The notes beneath the pieces are model-generated. The model ran no database searches, was not told where the DNA came from, and saw only the letters and a program-made list of their open reading frames with translations. This document shows, one piece after another, positions 1 through 11,367 of a DNA stretch of 64,000 nt (position 1 is the first letter of the stretch; each line of letters begins with the position of its first letter). The DNA lies in NCBI GenBank assembly GCA_905178155.1, contig CAJINV010000003.1, positions 5,091,700-5,155,699 on the forward strand. The letters run 5' to 3'. The position numbers were made by a program, and so were the translations under genes. This stretch comes from Amoebophrya sp. A120 (Eukaryota > Protista > Dinoflagellata).

Positions 1-256
1 ATTCTGCACCTGCGGAACGTACTTTATTGTCATTGCGATGTATTTGCGATGATTCTTTTTCTTTCTCCTGTGCTGTAGCGGATTAGAAACACCTCATGAG
101 GGAGAAAAGCTCCCAGATTGATGAGTCTGACAAGAGCGGGGTAACAAAATAAAAAAAGAGGTCCTCGGGGGACCTCTTGTCCCCCCGGCCGGGCGGACAA
201 GAGGTCCCCTCGTTTTGCTGCCGGAGCGTCCGGCACGCGGAGTTCCCCCCCCCCCN
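1..256 (+). repeat. Identical copy of 7796-8050 (end of a PPR-like exon, intron, left arm of the MITE), ending at an N
   Basis: Matches 7796 onward base for base (offset 7795) until the poly-C run and the single N at 257. Confidence 0.9.
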
Positions 257-257
257 A

Positions 258-529
258 ATTTACGTAAATTGCTCGGGTCGTATCAATGACTTTCATATCT
301 TGCGCGAATTTCGGACGATCAGTGTCGTTCCATCATAAAAACCATTATCATCAATGTACGCACGTAGCATGCGCGCTATGTAAAAATAAAATGCTTCGAA
401 GAAACTTCAGTCAATAAGTCGAAAGCGAAAGCCTTGCTTGAATGTCTTCTTCCTGCTGCGTCCTGGCGGACGGGCTTGTTTCGATGCCATGGTGTTCTGT
501 GAGTCAGCGAAGGGACTTTTTTCCCGAAA
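258..529 (+). repeat. Duplicated segment A (copy of ~10380-10648)
   Basis: aatttacgtaaattgctcgggtcgtatcaatgac... matches 10380 onward. The first ~90 bp are identical, then small indels and substitutions appear. Confidence 0.85.
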
Positions 530-2883
530 TCATGTCAAGTGAAAACTCCAACCCGACGCTGCTCTAAAACTCGCACTGCGTGGCGGAGCAGCTGTCTTTT
601 GATGTTGCCGGGGGCCCTCAGTTTTGCTTCGGGACGAATTTCGGCGGCCTGGGCCGTGCCTGGCTTGTCCCCATATACGGCCGGGCGAACTGCGCCGACA
701 GTGGGGAGCGCCTCGGCGATCGCTTGCGCAGCGCGCTCGTTTGGTTTCGCGCAAATCGCGAGGGCGAGCATTGCCATGCCCTGCTTGCAGTTCTTGACGG
801 TCCCGACAGAAGTGACACGCCGGCGGCTCCGGTTCGTAGCACTGCGGCGATCTCCACAGAGTCGCCCGGCCCGGAGCTCCTGGGCGTTGCCATCTTCGTG
901 GACGGCGTGCGCCTCGCCCTCTCGACTCGCACGAGACGGGTCTATAGTTGTCTAGAGTTTTACGAAACTGCGGCCATTTTACTAGCCCTGACCAGGTTCA
1001 GCATCCTGCGGCGGGGGGAGACGGTCCCGGAACTTGTGGACAATTGGCCCGCACGGTGCGCGCGCCAGAACAGCGCCAGCCCCGCAGCGCCTTGCTGCGC
1101 CCTGGCTGGCAAGATTCGGGGCCGCAGGCCCCGCAGGCGACGAGCCCGGTGGCCGCGGGCATCTTGCAAAACTTCCCGCCCAGGATGAGACGTCTCGCCA
1201 GTTTTCCTGGCGCTGCTGCCCGGCTGCCCGCGGCCCCATTTGCAAGCATTCCGCGGGCCTTTTCGGACGGGAGGCGCGCCCCCGGGGCCTGTTGCGCCGG
1301 CCGGCGCGCGGCTTTGCACGGTCGGACGGGCCGCGGGCGGCCCCTTTGCGGGAGACGCGGGGCGGGCCCAAGGGCATGAGCCGGACCGCGATCGACCTGG
1401 AACCGCTCCGCCTACCGCAGTCTCTTCGGGAGCTACTCAAGTAGGCAGACGAAATTGGGTCCCTGCCTACCGGGGGCCTTTGCGGGGTTTTTAAACATCG
1501 CCCCCGGAGGTGGGGGGGGGGTATTCGGTCCCACAAAGCTGCTGGCGCTCCTACAGACTGGCTTTCCAAATTTGCTTCAGCTCCTGTTTCTAGTTTCCAA
1601 ACGTATCGGCTGGAATGAGGATGATGCGGAGACGGGCCGGCGCGGCGCCAGTCGCGCGAGCGTGGCCAACCCCCGAAGAGGTTTGGCCCAGTTGGCTCCT
1701 CGGGAACGGAAGGAGAAGGACTGGGATAAGGGCGGCAGGCTGCGCGCCCGCACCTTCACCGGCGGCAGGCACCGCGCCGGCAGCGGCGGAAATGCCCCAA
1801 GGGTAAGCCTTGCCACCCGGGGAAAGGGAGGCGCGGTATGAAATCGAGGCGGTCGGGTCCATGGGATTAGAGCACTGGAGGCCGAAACTATATCAGCCGA
1901 GCGACGATACGGGAAAAGGCAGGGAAATTGCGAGGGCCGGCCTTCAGTGCGGGGCCGGAGCGCCAGCGAGCCGATGTGCAGACGGGCGGCTGCCAAATTT
2001 GCCAACGACGCACGTGCCTCGCTCGAACGTAATGGCACCAGTGGCCGCATCGGGCGCCTGCCACCAAGCGGGAAGCGGCTTTCCTACCGGAAGGCGGGCG
2101 CCTGCGGTATTTCTGCCGAAGGGGCTGCGAACAGGTAGCGCGCAAATTGTTCGGACAAAGTGGCCTCGCTTTTGGCTACGCGTTGCGCTGCGACTTACCA
2201 CCGCGGCGGTGCCCCCTTATCCGGATCCTGCTCGCTGTCGCTTTGCGCGGCCTACAGAGCACGCGCATGCACTTCGCCCGTTGGGGACGGGCGCGGGTCG
2301 TGCTTTGATCTCGTCGGGCTGGCGCCTGTTCGAGCACGCTGCAGCGCTCGCGCACAGCGCCACTACGTAGCTCGCGTTCTAGAAGTCGGAGCGCTTGCCA
2401 CCCGCGCGCGGTCACCGACCATGTGCAAACTGTGTCGTAGTCCGCTTGCGTGAGCATTTTACTTATCGACCGATCGCAGAAATTAAGTGCAAACACAGCT
2501 CGCACTTCGTGGAGCATTTTTTTTTTTGATGTCGTAGTGGACAGGGCTGTTCTTACATCGACCACCAGCCGTTCGCTTTCTGTTTTGAGAGCCGAAGCAC
2601 GCGCGTGAATTCGCGATGCGATCCATTTGCTCCGGTTCGTGAAATTAGAAGTACATGAGGCTTTATGCCACAGCAGCAAGCGCAAAGGCATAGAGTAAGA
2701 TCACAGACCCTGTGGTTAACCACCCTGAAACTTTTTGCGCCGAGTGTACAGAGGCGAGCACAACATGTAGCAAGAAAATAGCACACACACTACGTACAAG
2801 GAGGAATTTATTCTTCGACCTAAGATTGTTGCGGAGTAAGTGCGATCATCTTCAGGTGAGCGCATGTTGTATCGTCATTTCTA

Positions 2884-5689
2884 ATGCCAGGAGTCGTGCC
2901 TGTGGCAAAAATGAGAATGCGGGCTCTCGTTCTTGCGTTTGTGTCCGTGGCGCTTCGCTTGCGCTGTTGCCTTGGATTTTCGTTGGACGAAAACGACATG
3001 CAGTTGCGCGAGGGTGAAGATGTGAACGCGGCCGTGGAGCGCGTGATGCAAAAAATGATGGTGGACCACCAGAAAACGAAACACAAAAAGCTTCACGAAA
3101 GGCGCCAAAAGATGCAGGAGGAGGATCGGTTTAAGCCGATCGCGAGGGCCGCGCCGCCAAAAGACGTGGTGGAAACGACACATCAAGGCGAACAAGACGA
3201 TGACGAGCTGGACGACGACGTGCAGCTGGACGAAGCGGGCACGAAAAATGCTGATGCCGCCGCGAGGGAGGACGAAGATGCCTCATTGTATACCCGGGCG
3301 ACAGCGTACGAGGAGAGTGGTGAGTACTTTCGCAACTACGAGCTCGCGGAGACGCACAAGATTATGGTAACGGATAAGTACCGGACGGACCAGTACCTGA
3401 AAGCGCTGCAGCGCGCCGGCGTGAAAGGCAAAATTGTGGTGGATTTCGGCTGCGGCAGCGGGGTGCTGAGTATCCTGGCAGCCCGACTCGGAGCGGACCA
3501 CACCTACTGCGTCGAGCGCTCCAGGGTTCGCGTGCAAGCAAAGCAGGTGATCGCGAAAAACGGGTACTTCCCATGGTTACTACACGCAGGCTTATTTTGT
3601 ACGAGCGACTAGCTTGCTTGTCGTGACAGTCCTGACGTTTTTCTACTCGCGAAAACTTCTACTGTGCCAAGCGCAGTAGAGGTATTCAGTGTGTGAATGC
3701 ATGTCTGTTCTGTATTAGTTCCTATCATGATCACGATCTATTGCCCAGATTCGCGGACCGCATCACGGTGGTGGCCAGCGTAAACGAGATCGAGCCGAAG
3801 TCTGCGGACGTGCTGGTGTCGGAGTGGATGGGGCATGGTCTACTGACGGATGTGGTGATCGGGGATTTTTTCGATGCCCGCGACCGGGTGCTCAAGGAGG
3901 ACACCGGGGTTCTGATCCCGTCCAAGGGCCGCATCTACGCGCAGCCGGTGAGCGATCCGGCCTGGTGGCGCGATAACGTGGCGTGGGGCACCGACAACGA
4001 CTACGGGATCGACTTTTCACCGCTCTCCCTCTACACGCGGTCGAACACCACCACCACGCCCATCCGGTTTGCCCATTTCGGCGTCTTCCAAAACCAGAAG
4101 TTCTACGGCGGGAAAAAGGCAGCGGTACAACTAGAGTGTTACAGAATGTTACCCCATCTGGTGCGCAGAATTCGAATTTTTGATATGTGTATTGTGACTT
4201 GTTTTGTAGTTCACCTTCATTGGTGCAAAAATCGGGAGCATGTCGTGGTTCAGCCGATGAACTTGTGCCAAGTTGTCCAAGCCTTTTCTGGGCTGCTTCC
4301 GCGCGTTGGATCCAAGCGATTCCGCGCAGCATTTTTCTATTGTGGTATGTACCATAAGTAGTACACGTCTCGTGGGAAAGATGCAGCAAATGCATCCGAG
4401 TTGTACTTCGACGCCACCCTTCTGTGCGCTGTTTGCAATGCTGGGTCTCAAACGGAAACAGATCTGCACGATCGACTTTGAAGCAGACAGCTACGACGCA
4501 GATTGGGAATGTGGTCGGCGTATCAAATGCAAAAATGTCTGGGTCTGGAAGAATGCAAGATTTGTCATGCGCATTTCTCATGACCCACGATGCCTGTAAT
4601 GCATGACCTAGCATCGCAGACTTTTAGAGGGCTTTCCGATGCACCTTCCGCATGAGAAATGCCCTGCCCGTGTAGCACAAACTGTGCCCCTCTTGCTGGT
4701 CATGCAATACAAATTTTTTTAGAGTCCAAAAACAGTTGGCCACTGGATTGTCCTTCATAGGCCGCCGAGAGATTCACTCGCCTCGCTCGATTTTTTTTGC
4801 TTCATCCTTCTCTTTTTGCTTTCCTTTTCCAAAAAACTATGCATGTAGGGATCGCACTTGACAAGATGGGCATCCGTCGCGGCGGGATCTCCCCGGGTTT
4901 GGTTTAGGTTTCAGGGTTTAGGGTTCCCCATTAGGGGGCCCCATTTTAGAGTCCAAAAACAGCATGACAAGTTGCAATCTTTCAGACCCAGACATTTTTA
5001 CATTTGATACGGCGCACCCGGCGGGAGCACAAGTTCCCGGAGCCGGTACCGGACGATTGGCACGGTTTTTTGATCACGTGGGATGTCACGCTCTACTCGG
5101 ACGTGACATTGGACACCTCCAACCCGACGCATTACACGCACTGGGGGCACTTGTTCTGGCCGCGACCACTGGACACGGACATTGGCAATGGGAAACTTGA
5201 GGACAAGCTTGAGCTGTCGGCATCGTTCAAATATGAAAACGGAACAGAACTCATGGTTTTGATACAACGCTTTTTTTCATTTCCGCGATCTACTTTATTC
5301 CACAGAAAGGACGCCTGTGCTCACCCGCCCCGGGTACTTACACGTACACCTGACACGACAACAAATTCTTTGCATAAAAGAGAGAAGTAGATTTTAAAAA
5401 AAATTCCACTGATGCTAGATGCAATCAAAATCATCGGGACCTATCTTGTCACCTCTATGACCAGCGGGCGAACCTCTATCACCACGACCTGCAATTCCGG
5501 TACTACTACCAGAACCACGGGGAGGAGGTGGTGCTGCGGGAGCCAGAATTTTCCGCGGACACGGTAGCGACCGAGGACGCTTTCCAGAACAAACGGCTCT
5601 ACACGGCCATGCTAGCTGCGAAGGCAAAAAAGCGAACAGAAGCCAAGCAAGACGCCATAGAAGGGAAAAAGAACAGAGTTGACCTGTAG
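2884..5689 (+). CDS. Type I protein arginine methyltransferase-like protein with N-terminal hydrophobic (signal-like) peptide
   Basis: Motifs YFRNY, HKIMVTDKYRT, VVDFGCGSGVLS (motif I), YCVE, DVLVSEWMG, RDRVLKE..GVLIPS and THW. Inferred exons 2884-3563, 3749-4124, 4462-4520, 5015-5255, 5465-5689 (GT-AG introns plus one TIR element). Ends ...KKNRVDL*. The start could be 2911. Confidence 0.8.
4521..5009. mobile_element. TIR intronic element (introner), family A, with nested insertion
   Basis: TIR tatcaaatgcaaaaatgtctgggtctggaa / ttcagacccagacatttttacatttgata. TSD cggcg at 4516-4520 and 5010-5014. Removal gives WECGRRTRREHKF in frame. Confidence 0.93.
4736..4943. other. 208-bp nested insertion with 19-bp direct repeat and telomere-like repeats
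   Basis: ttttagagtccaaaaacag occurs at 4717-4735 and 4944-4962. gggtttggtttaggtttcagggtttagggtt lies at 4895-4925. Removing the insert plus one repeat copy leaves 262 bp, the length of the sister element at 11415. Confidence 0.85.
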
Positions 5690-5766
5690 ACGACCGTTCA
5701 TGCGATCATGTCGCAATACATGAGCATCCTTTACTGAAGATGCCGATGTCGGCCTTCGCAGTACGT

Positions 5767-5987
5767 CGCACAGCGAGAATTTAGTTGAAGGGTCCTGCTA
5801 ATAATCCAAGTGTTAAACTGGGAGCCGCTACATCACGCTGCAATGTTCTGTGCGCCGCGTCACTGCTAGCCAAGTGAGTTTGTTTCATGTTGTGAAAACT
5901 TCGGTGTACTACGAAAAAGATCACTCGTGCAAGTACAACGTTCTCGTTCTAAAAAAAGTAGAGATCATAACTCACCGCTTCGCAGCT
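5767..5987 (+). repeat. Duplicated segment B (diverged copy of ~10665-10882)
   Basis: cgcacagcgagaattt...cgccgcgtcactgctagccaagtgagt...ataactcaccgcttcgcagct aligns with 10665-10882. Confidence 0.85.
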
Positions 5988-8428
5988 CTCAGGCTCCACC
6001 CAGCAAGCGCTCCTGCCACCTCGTTTCCGTTCTTGAATGCCGCGGGCGTGGTGCCCCCGACGGCCTTCAACCCGGCCAGTACTGCTTTCGGCGCTGCTCC
6101 GGCAGGGATGTACGGAGGTGGCGCTCCAGCGGCCCCAGGTGCTCCCAGAAGTAACATGTCTTCTGGGCAGCTGCAGCCGAAACAAGCGGCATTGATTGGC
6201 TCAACAGCATCTGGCTTCTACTTCCCACCAAGAACCATCTTCCGCAGCTACGGATCATCTGCATCAACACCAGCAATTCATGGCGAGCCAGCTGCAAGGT
6301 ACCACGGGTACAACAATGAATGGAAGCAATGACAGCAGCATGAGCGGCAATCCTTTCCAGGGATCTGTGGCGCTGACCAACAACGCGACTACTGCTGGCA
6401 CGATGCACAAAACCATTTCTGGTTCCATCGGCACGATGGGCTTGACCAAATCTGGTTTGGCAAACTACAACGCGAACCACTATCACCAGCACAACTCCCA
6501 CAACATGTTGCACGGTCAGCACGCGAACGGCTATGGAGCGACGAGCACATCCACTGGTGTGGAGGAGCAGCAACAAAGTACTAATTGTTTGGGCGGGCCG
6601 AACCCGAACAACCGCACTGCCACCGCGAGCGCAATGTTGACCGGAGGACCGTCTGCGGCCCCTCAGAGTGTTTCAGCAATGGCGATCGGAATGCTGAACA
6701 ATGCGGGACAGCATCAGCATCTCAGCTCGCAAATGCACATGCCGTCGTCGACGAATGAGAATACTTACGCCAGCCAGGATAAGATCATGATGCACCAGCA
6801 GCAAGATGGCAGCAAGTTACCCAACGGGAACGGTTCTCCGACGCAGCGCATAGAGCAGCATCTGGTCGCCCAGGATCGTGGTGCCAGCGCGCAGCAAATA
6901 ATGCAGGAAAAGTGGTACGAGGTGAAGCGGCGCAACTACCAGAACGACCCGGGTCCGGGTGTACCAGCCGAGCCGCACATGTTCATCGATCCGACCAAGC
7001 CTCGGAAGCAGTACTTTTTCTGTTTTATAGGATGCTCTCGACTGCCCTCCTCACGTCTGATAGATCGGAGTGTACTGAAGCGTTGCGACCCTGACGGGAG
7101 GTGACATTTTTTGTCATGGACAATAATAAATCATTTCTTTGCGACAAATGAAACAAATCGTATCAGGTTCGAGGATTATTATTACGACACGAAGCAGGAT
7201 TTCATTGACTACCCCAAAACCTTCGACTACATCATCAAGCACTACTCGAAGCGGATTAACTCCTACGGGATCGACGAGAAGCTGCTGAACGACGTGATTG
7301 TGCAGTTGATGAAGCCCCTGGAAACCGACCGCCCGTTCGAGGCCTTCAACCTGGTATGGCATTTTCTGAAGTGGTTGCGCCAGATGCAGGTGGAGATCAA
7401 AACCAAACTGTTCACCCTCATCATTCGCAGCTTCGAGAAGTGCCATGAACCGGCCAAGTACCATTGGGCAATGCTGGACATCTACAAGCGCTTGCCGGCG
7501 CGGAACTCGTATTACCTAGCTTGCTGGATGATTCTCGGCAGTTGTACTTGGGATGAAAAAACGATGACTACATTGTATGGATTTTTTTATTGTGACGAAT
7601 CGACGCTTTTGTCTTGCGTAAACAATGTACCCAAAACTATCCAGCCACGCTACCGCCGCGATGATCAAGGCGCATGGTGTAGCGCAGGATGTGGGACAGT
7701 GCGTGGAATACCTGAAACAGTACAAGATGTTGCCGAAGCACGATTCTAACAAGCGCTTCAACTTTGTCGTGTACCAGGCCGCTTTGGACGCTTCTATTCT
7801 GCACCTGCGGAACGTACTTTATTGTCATTGCGATGTATTTGCGATGATTCTTTTTCTTTCTCCTGTGCTGTAGCGGATTAGAAACACCTCATGAGGGAGA
7901 AAAGCTCCCAGATTGATGAGTCTGACAAGAGCGGGGTAACAAAATAAAAAAAGAGGTCCTCGGGGGACCTCTTGTCCCCCCGGCCGGGCGGACAAGAGGT
8001 CCCCTCGTTTTGCTGCCGGAGCGTCCGGCACGCGGAGTTCCCCCCCCCCCGTGTCGCCGCGTCGGATATTTCGGGCGAATCGGGGCGGGGACCTCTTGCC
8101 CCCCCCGTTGCGCAGAGAAATTGGCTATGTATTTGCTATACAGGACAAGAGGTCCCCACCGTTCGACCCGAAATGGCCGGCGCGGCGACACGGGGGGGGA
8201 ACTCTGCGAGCCGGCCGCTCTGGCAACAGAAGGGGGGGACCTCTTGTCCGTCCGGCCGGGGGGACAAGAGGTCCCCCGAGGACCTCTTTTTTTATTTTGT
8301 TACCCCGCTCCAAGACACAACAAATGTACTCCTTGAAAACAGAAACACCGTCGCTTGGAGGCCATGGCGCGGCGATTCATCTACGAGGAGTATGTGTCAC
8401 AGTGCGACTATGAAAACGAACGCTGGTG
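5988..8428 (+). CDS. PPR-like helical-repeat protein with Q/N/H-rich N-terminal region; 5' end unresolved, possibly truncated or frameshifted
   Basis: Inferred exons ~6196-7010, 7167-7508, 7645-7813 and 8343-~8425 (GT-AG). PPR-like segments KLFTLIIRSFEKC, NSHATAAMIKAHGVAQDVGQCVEYL and VVYQAALDAS. Apparent frame change near 6195 and no clear start codon. Confidence 0.5.
7929..8310. mobile_element. MITE with ~130-bp imperfect TIRs and 3-bp TSD, inside an intron
   Basis: Ends gagcggggtaacaaaataaaaaaagaggtcctc... and ...gaggacctcttttttattttgttaccccgctc. caa flanks both sides (7926-7928, 8311-8313). The motif ggacctcttgtcc/ggacaagaggtcc is reiterated internally. Confidence 0.88.
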
Positions 8429-9029
8429 ATCATTCTTGGTCTATCGCGATAATACTCTGGTTCACCATGCATGCTTTTTGTTATGCGAATGCGAAGCATC
8501 TGATGTGAGTCAGTGGCAGTGAATTACAGGCATGACAAAAAGAAGCGGGATGTGTGTTGTTGCGCTAAATCAAAACCGTATTCTACCCCTGGATACCCCC
8601 GAGCCGATGAGCCGGCGAAAGATCGACCCGACGCGCAACCCCCGGCAGACGCACCCGCACTTGTACTTACTACAATTACCATTCTTCGGACTAGCGACCA
8701 CCAACTTGTAAAAGTAGTATACTTTGTGAGAAAGAAGTTGCAAGATAGTTTTCATGCTGCTCATACAAACTGTCAATGTTTCAGAGCTCTCTTCGCTGCA
8801 GCCATGAATATCTGTGCGCGATTCGGCTTCTATGCTTCTGAGAGTCTTTTAGCATCATGTTGATAGTGCATTTGTTTTTGTGAGCAATAGATAATGTTCG
8901 AAGAATCTGGTGCAAGAGCAGTTGCGTATTGGGGTGAGGTTTCAGGGTTCTACATGCAATATTTGACTTTTTTTGTCCTGAGAAAGTGGCTCAGGATAGT
9001 ATTACTACCATGATCCCAGGAGCACGCCC

Positions 9030-9809
9030 ATGCAGCACAACTGCTCCTACAACAAAATCGCAGCACAACAACAAGCTTCGTATGGTGATTCGCAGCAGTG
9101 CAACTCCGGTACGGAAGACGCGGCTCACGGTGCTGGCCACGTGCAGGGGGCCGCGACTGGTCGTGCATCTGCGGTGGTCGTCCCCGTGCATCATTATCCG
9201 TGGCAAGAGCAGAGCGAAGTAGATCCAACCACAATGGTCGTGTCGGAGCAGCATGATGCAAGAGTGCAAGCCGAAGATCCGACCAAGAATTCGAACTCTA
9301 CTACAGACACCTCGGACCTTGGAGCAGGAGAACAACATCACGTTCTAGGTTCAACATCCTGTGAAAGAACTGGAACTTCCTCTACCTATGATACAGTGAA
9401 TGCACAGGGCGTCGACGTCGGCCCTTGTTCTAGTACAACTCGAAGAACCTTGCAACAGCAGCTGAAGTTCGTGCGGGACCAGATCCGAAAAGCTGACGCG
9501 AACAGGAAGGGCGCGGACGCAACGGCTAACCGGCTGCGTGATGAGTGTGAAGAAATGCTGGATACGATGGCGGAAACGAACGCGGAAATCAAACGCTTGA
9601 AGGACAAGCTAGCCGAGCTAGAAGACAAGAAGAAAAAGGACAACAAAACGTTTTGCGATTTGAATATGGAAATGCAGGACCAGGAAAAAACTGGCAGGAG
9701 AATCATGGAAAAGATGAACAACTACAAATTCGAAGAGCAGGAGCTGATGCGAAAAATAGATATCCTGGGGGAAAATCACCAACTAGTATTTAAGACCGCG
9801 GGCGGATGA
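9030..9809 (+). CDS. Hypothetical protein with C-terminal coiled coil
   Basis: 259-aa ORF with a low-complexity N-half and a heptad-like E/K-rich C-half (LRDECEEMLDTMAETNAEIKRLKDKLAELE). Start uncertain. Confidence 0.55.
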   Translation: MQHNCSYNKIAAQQQASYGDSQQCNSGTEDAAHGAGHVQGAATGRASAVVVPVHHYPWQEQSEVDPTTMVVSEQHDARVQAEDPTKNSNSTTDTSDLGAGEQHHVLGSTSCERTGTSSTYDTVNAQGVDVGPCSSTTRRTLQQQLKFVRDQIRKADANRKGADATANRLRDECEEMLDTMAETNAEIKRLKDKLAELEDKKKKDNKTFCDLNMEMQDQEKTGRRIMEKMNNYKFEEQELMRKIDILGENHQLVFKTAGG

Positions 9810-10379
9810 TCACGCATGCGATGTCGGCGCCACGGAGGTGGGAGGGTAAAAGTCACATTGATAATTTCAGATTTTCCGCTCATTTAGGTAGTGCGCTCTT
9901 GCATAGTAAGTACGAAACGTGAAACTGCATATTTTCAGTTGGAATGCACTACTGATTTCTGAGATTTGTTTCGACGAACTTACTAACCACAGGTACTGAC
10001 TGGAACTTTTTTTTCAGCGGTTTCGTGCGAGCCCCGAAGCGCCTGATAAAGGAAACCGCAGAGCAGCGACCTTGAGGAACTACGAGCTTTTCTTTTTTCA
10101 GTCGCCACCCGGAGGATGAGTACACATACCTGAAGCAAAGACCACACACAGTCGCAATGTAGAAGTTTAAGAAAGCGAAGTAGTACGCCGAGTTTGTAGT
10201 ACGAAATGATGAAATACAGATTGCAATGGACAAAAATGAACATAAAAGAAAGCAGCGTCTTACTGAGTAGTCTGGGGGTATTAATTGCGACAGCTGGAAG
10301 TTTCTTTGCCAAGCTCGTCGCATCTCGCTTGGCAGCAAAAGCTCAGTTTGGCGGTGTCTCGATCCGGGCAAGATTCCGG

Positions 10380-10882
10380 AATTTACGTAAATTGCTCGGG
10401 TCGTATCAATGACTTTCATATCTTGCGCGAATTTCGGACGATCAGTGTCGTTCCATCATAAAAACCATTATCATTTTCAATGTACGCACGTAGCGCTATG
10501 TAAAAATAAGATGCTTCTAAGAAACTTTACTCAATAGATCAAAAGCGAAAGCCTCGCTTGCTTTTTTTTTTCCTGCTGCGCCCTGGCGGACGGGCTTGAT
10601 TCGATGCCTTGGTGTTCTGTTAATCAGCGAAGGGAGTTTTGTCTCAAAAAGCAACTGAACCCAACGCACAGCAAGAATTTACTTGCAGGCTCCTGCTAAT
10701 GATCGAAGTGTTAGTGTGAGCCGCTACATAATCACGCTGCAATGTTTTGTGCGCCGCGTCACTGCTAGCCAAGTGAGTTCGTTTCATGTCGTGAAAACAA
10801 CTTCGGTGTACTATGAAAAATATCTTCACTCGTGCAACACCTTCGTTCTAGAAGAAGTAGAGATAACTCACCGTTTCGCAGC
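10380..10882 (+). repeat. Contiguous A+B segment whose upstream copy is split (258-529 and 5767-5987)
   Basis: Aligns directly with both upstream pieces; only ~17 bp separate A and B here. Confidence 0.8.
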
Positions 10883-11367
10883 TATTGCCTTGGCTCGTTT
10901 TCGGTTGTATTCGTTTTGCTAACCGTAAAGCTTCGCGTTACCCGTTCAACATGGATACTGATTGCCGTCTCGTCCACTTTTCTGTCGCACGATGGAGTAA
11001 GTAAGCTTCACACTCTCTGATTCGGTAAGAGCAACAAGTCTTGTGCTCCGCTTTTCGTTCGGTCCTTACTCGTGCTGATTTCATCGTTCTTTTCGTTGTG
11101 GCACGCTATGTTTTAGTCTTACGATGAAGGCGTTCTGTCCACAATGTCTCAATCGCATGGTGCGCAGGTGCTTTGTTGCATCCCCCGTTATTAAGGATTT
11201 ATTTTCTATCCCCCGTATAAAAACTATAACTAACATTTTTCTTCAGTGCCAGTTCACTACTATATCACAGCAAGACACGACCATTTCAGATCATTGCCTG
11301 TAGGATCACCATAGTAATAAGTCACAACTTACTTCAAATTCCATATCGCAAAAAGACATCGAAAAGC

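Noticed and set aside
530-2400. Many overlapping GC-rich ORFs, possibly a retroelement or gene
   Set aside because: No recognisable motif in any frame. R/P/A/G-rich translations and homopolymer-rich texture suggest decayed repeat or low-quality sequence.
7509-7644. Apparent non-canonical intron starting gtattac, like family E
   Set aside because: An in-frame AG acceptor at 7643-7644 gives a normal GT-AG intron (RNSHATAAM), and there is no convincing TIR or TSD.
9949-10419. 156-aa minus-strand ORF
   Set aside because: It overlaps the duplicated segment, looks non-coding in composition and has no motif.
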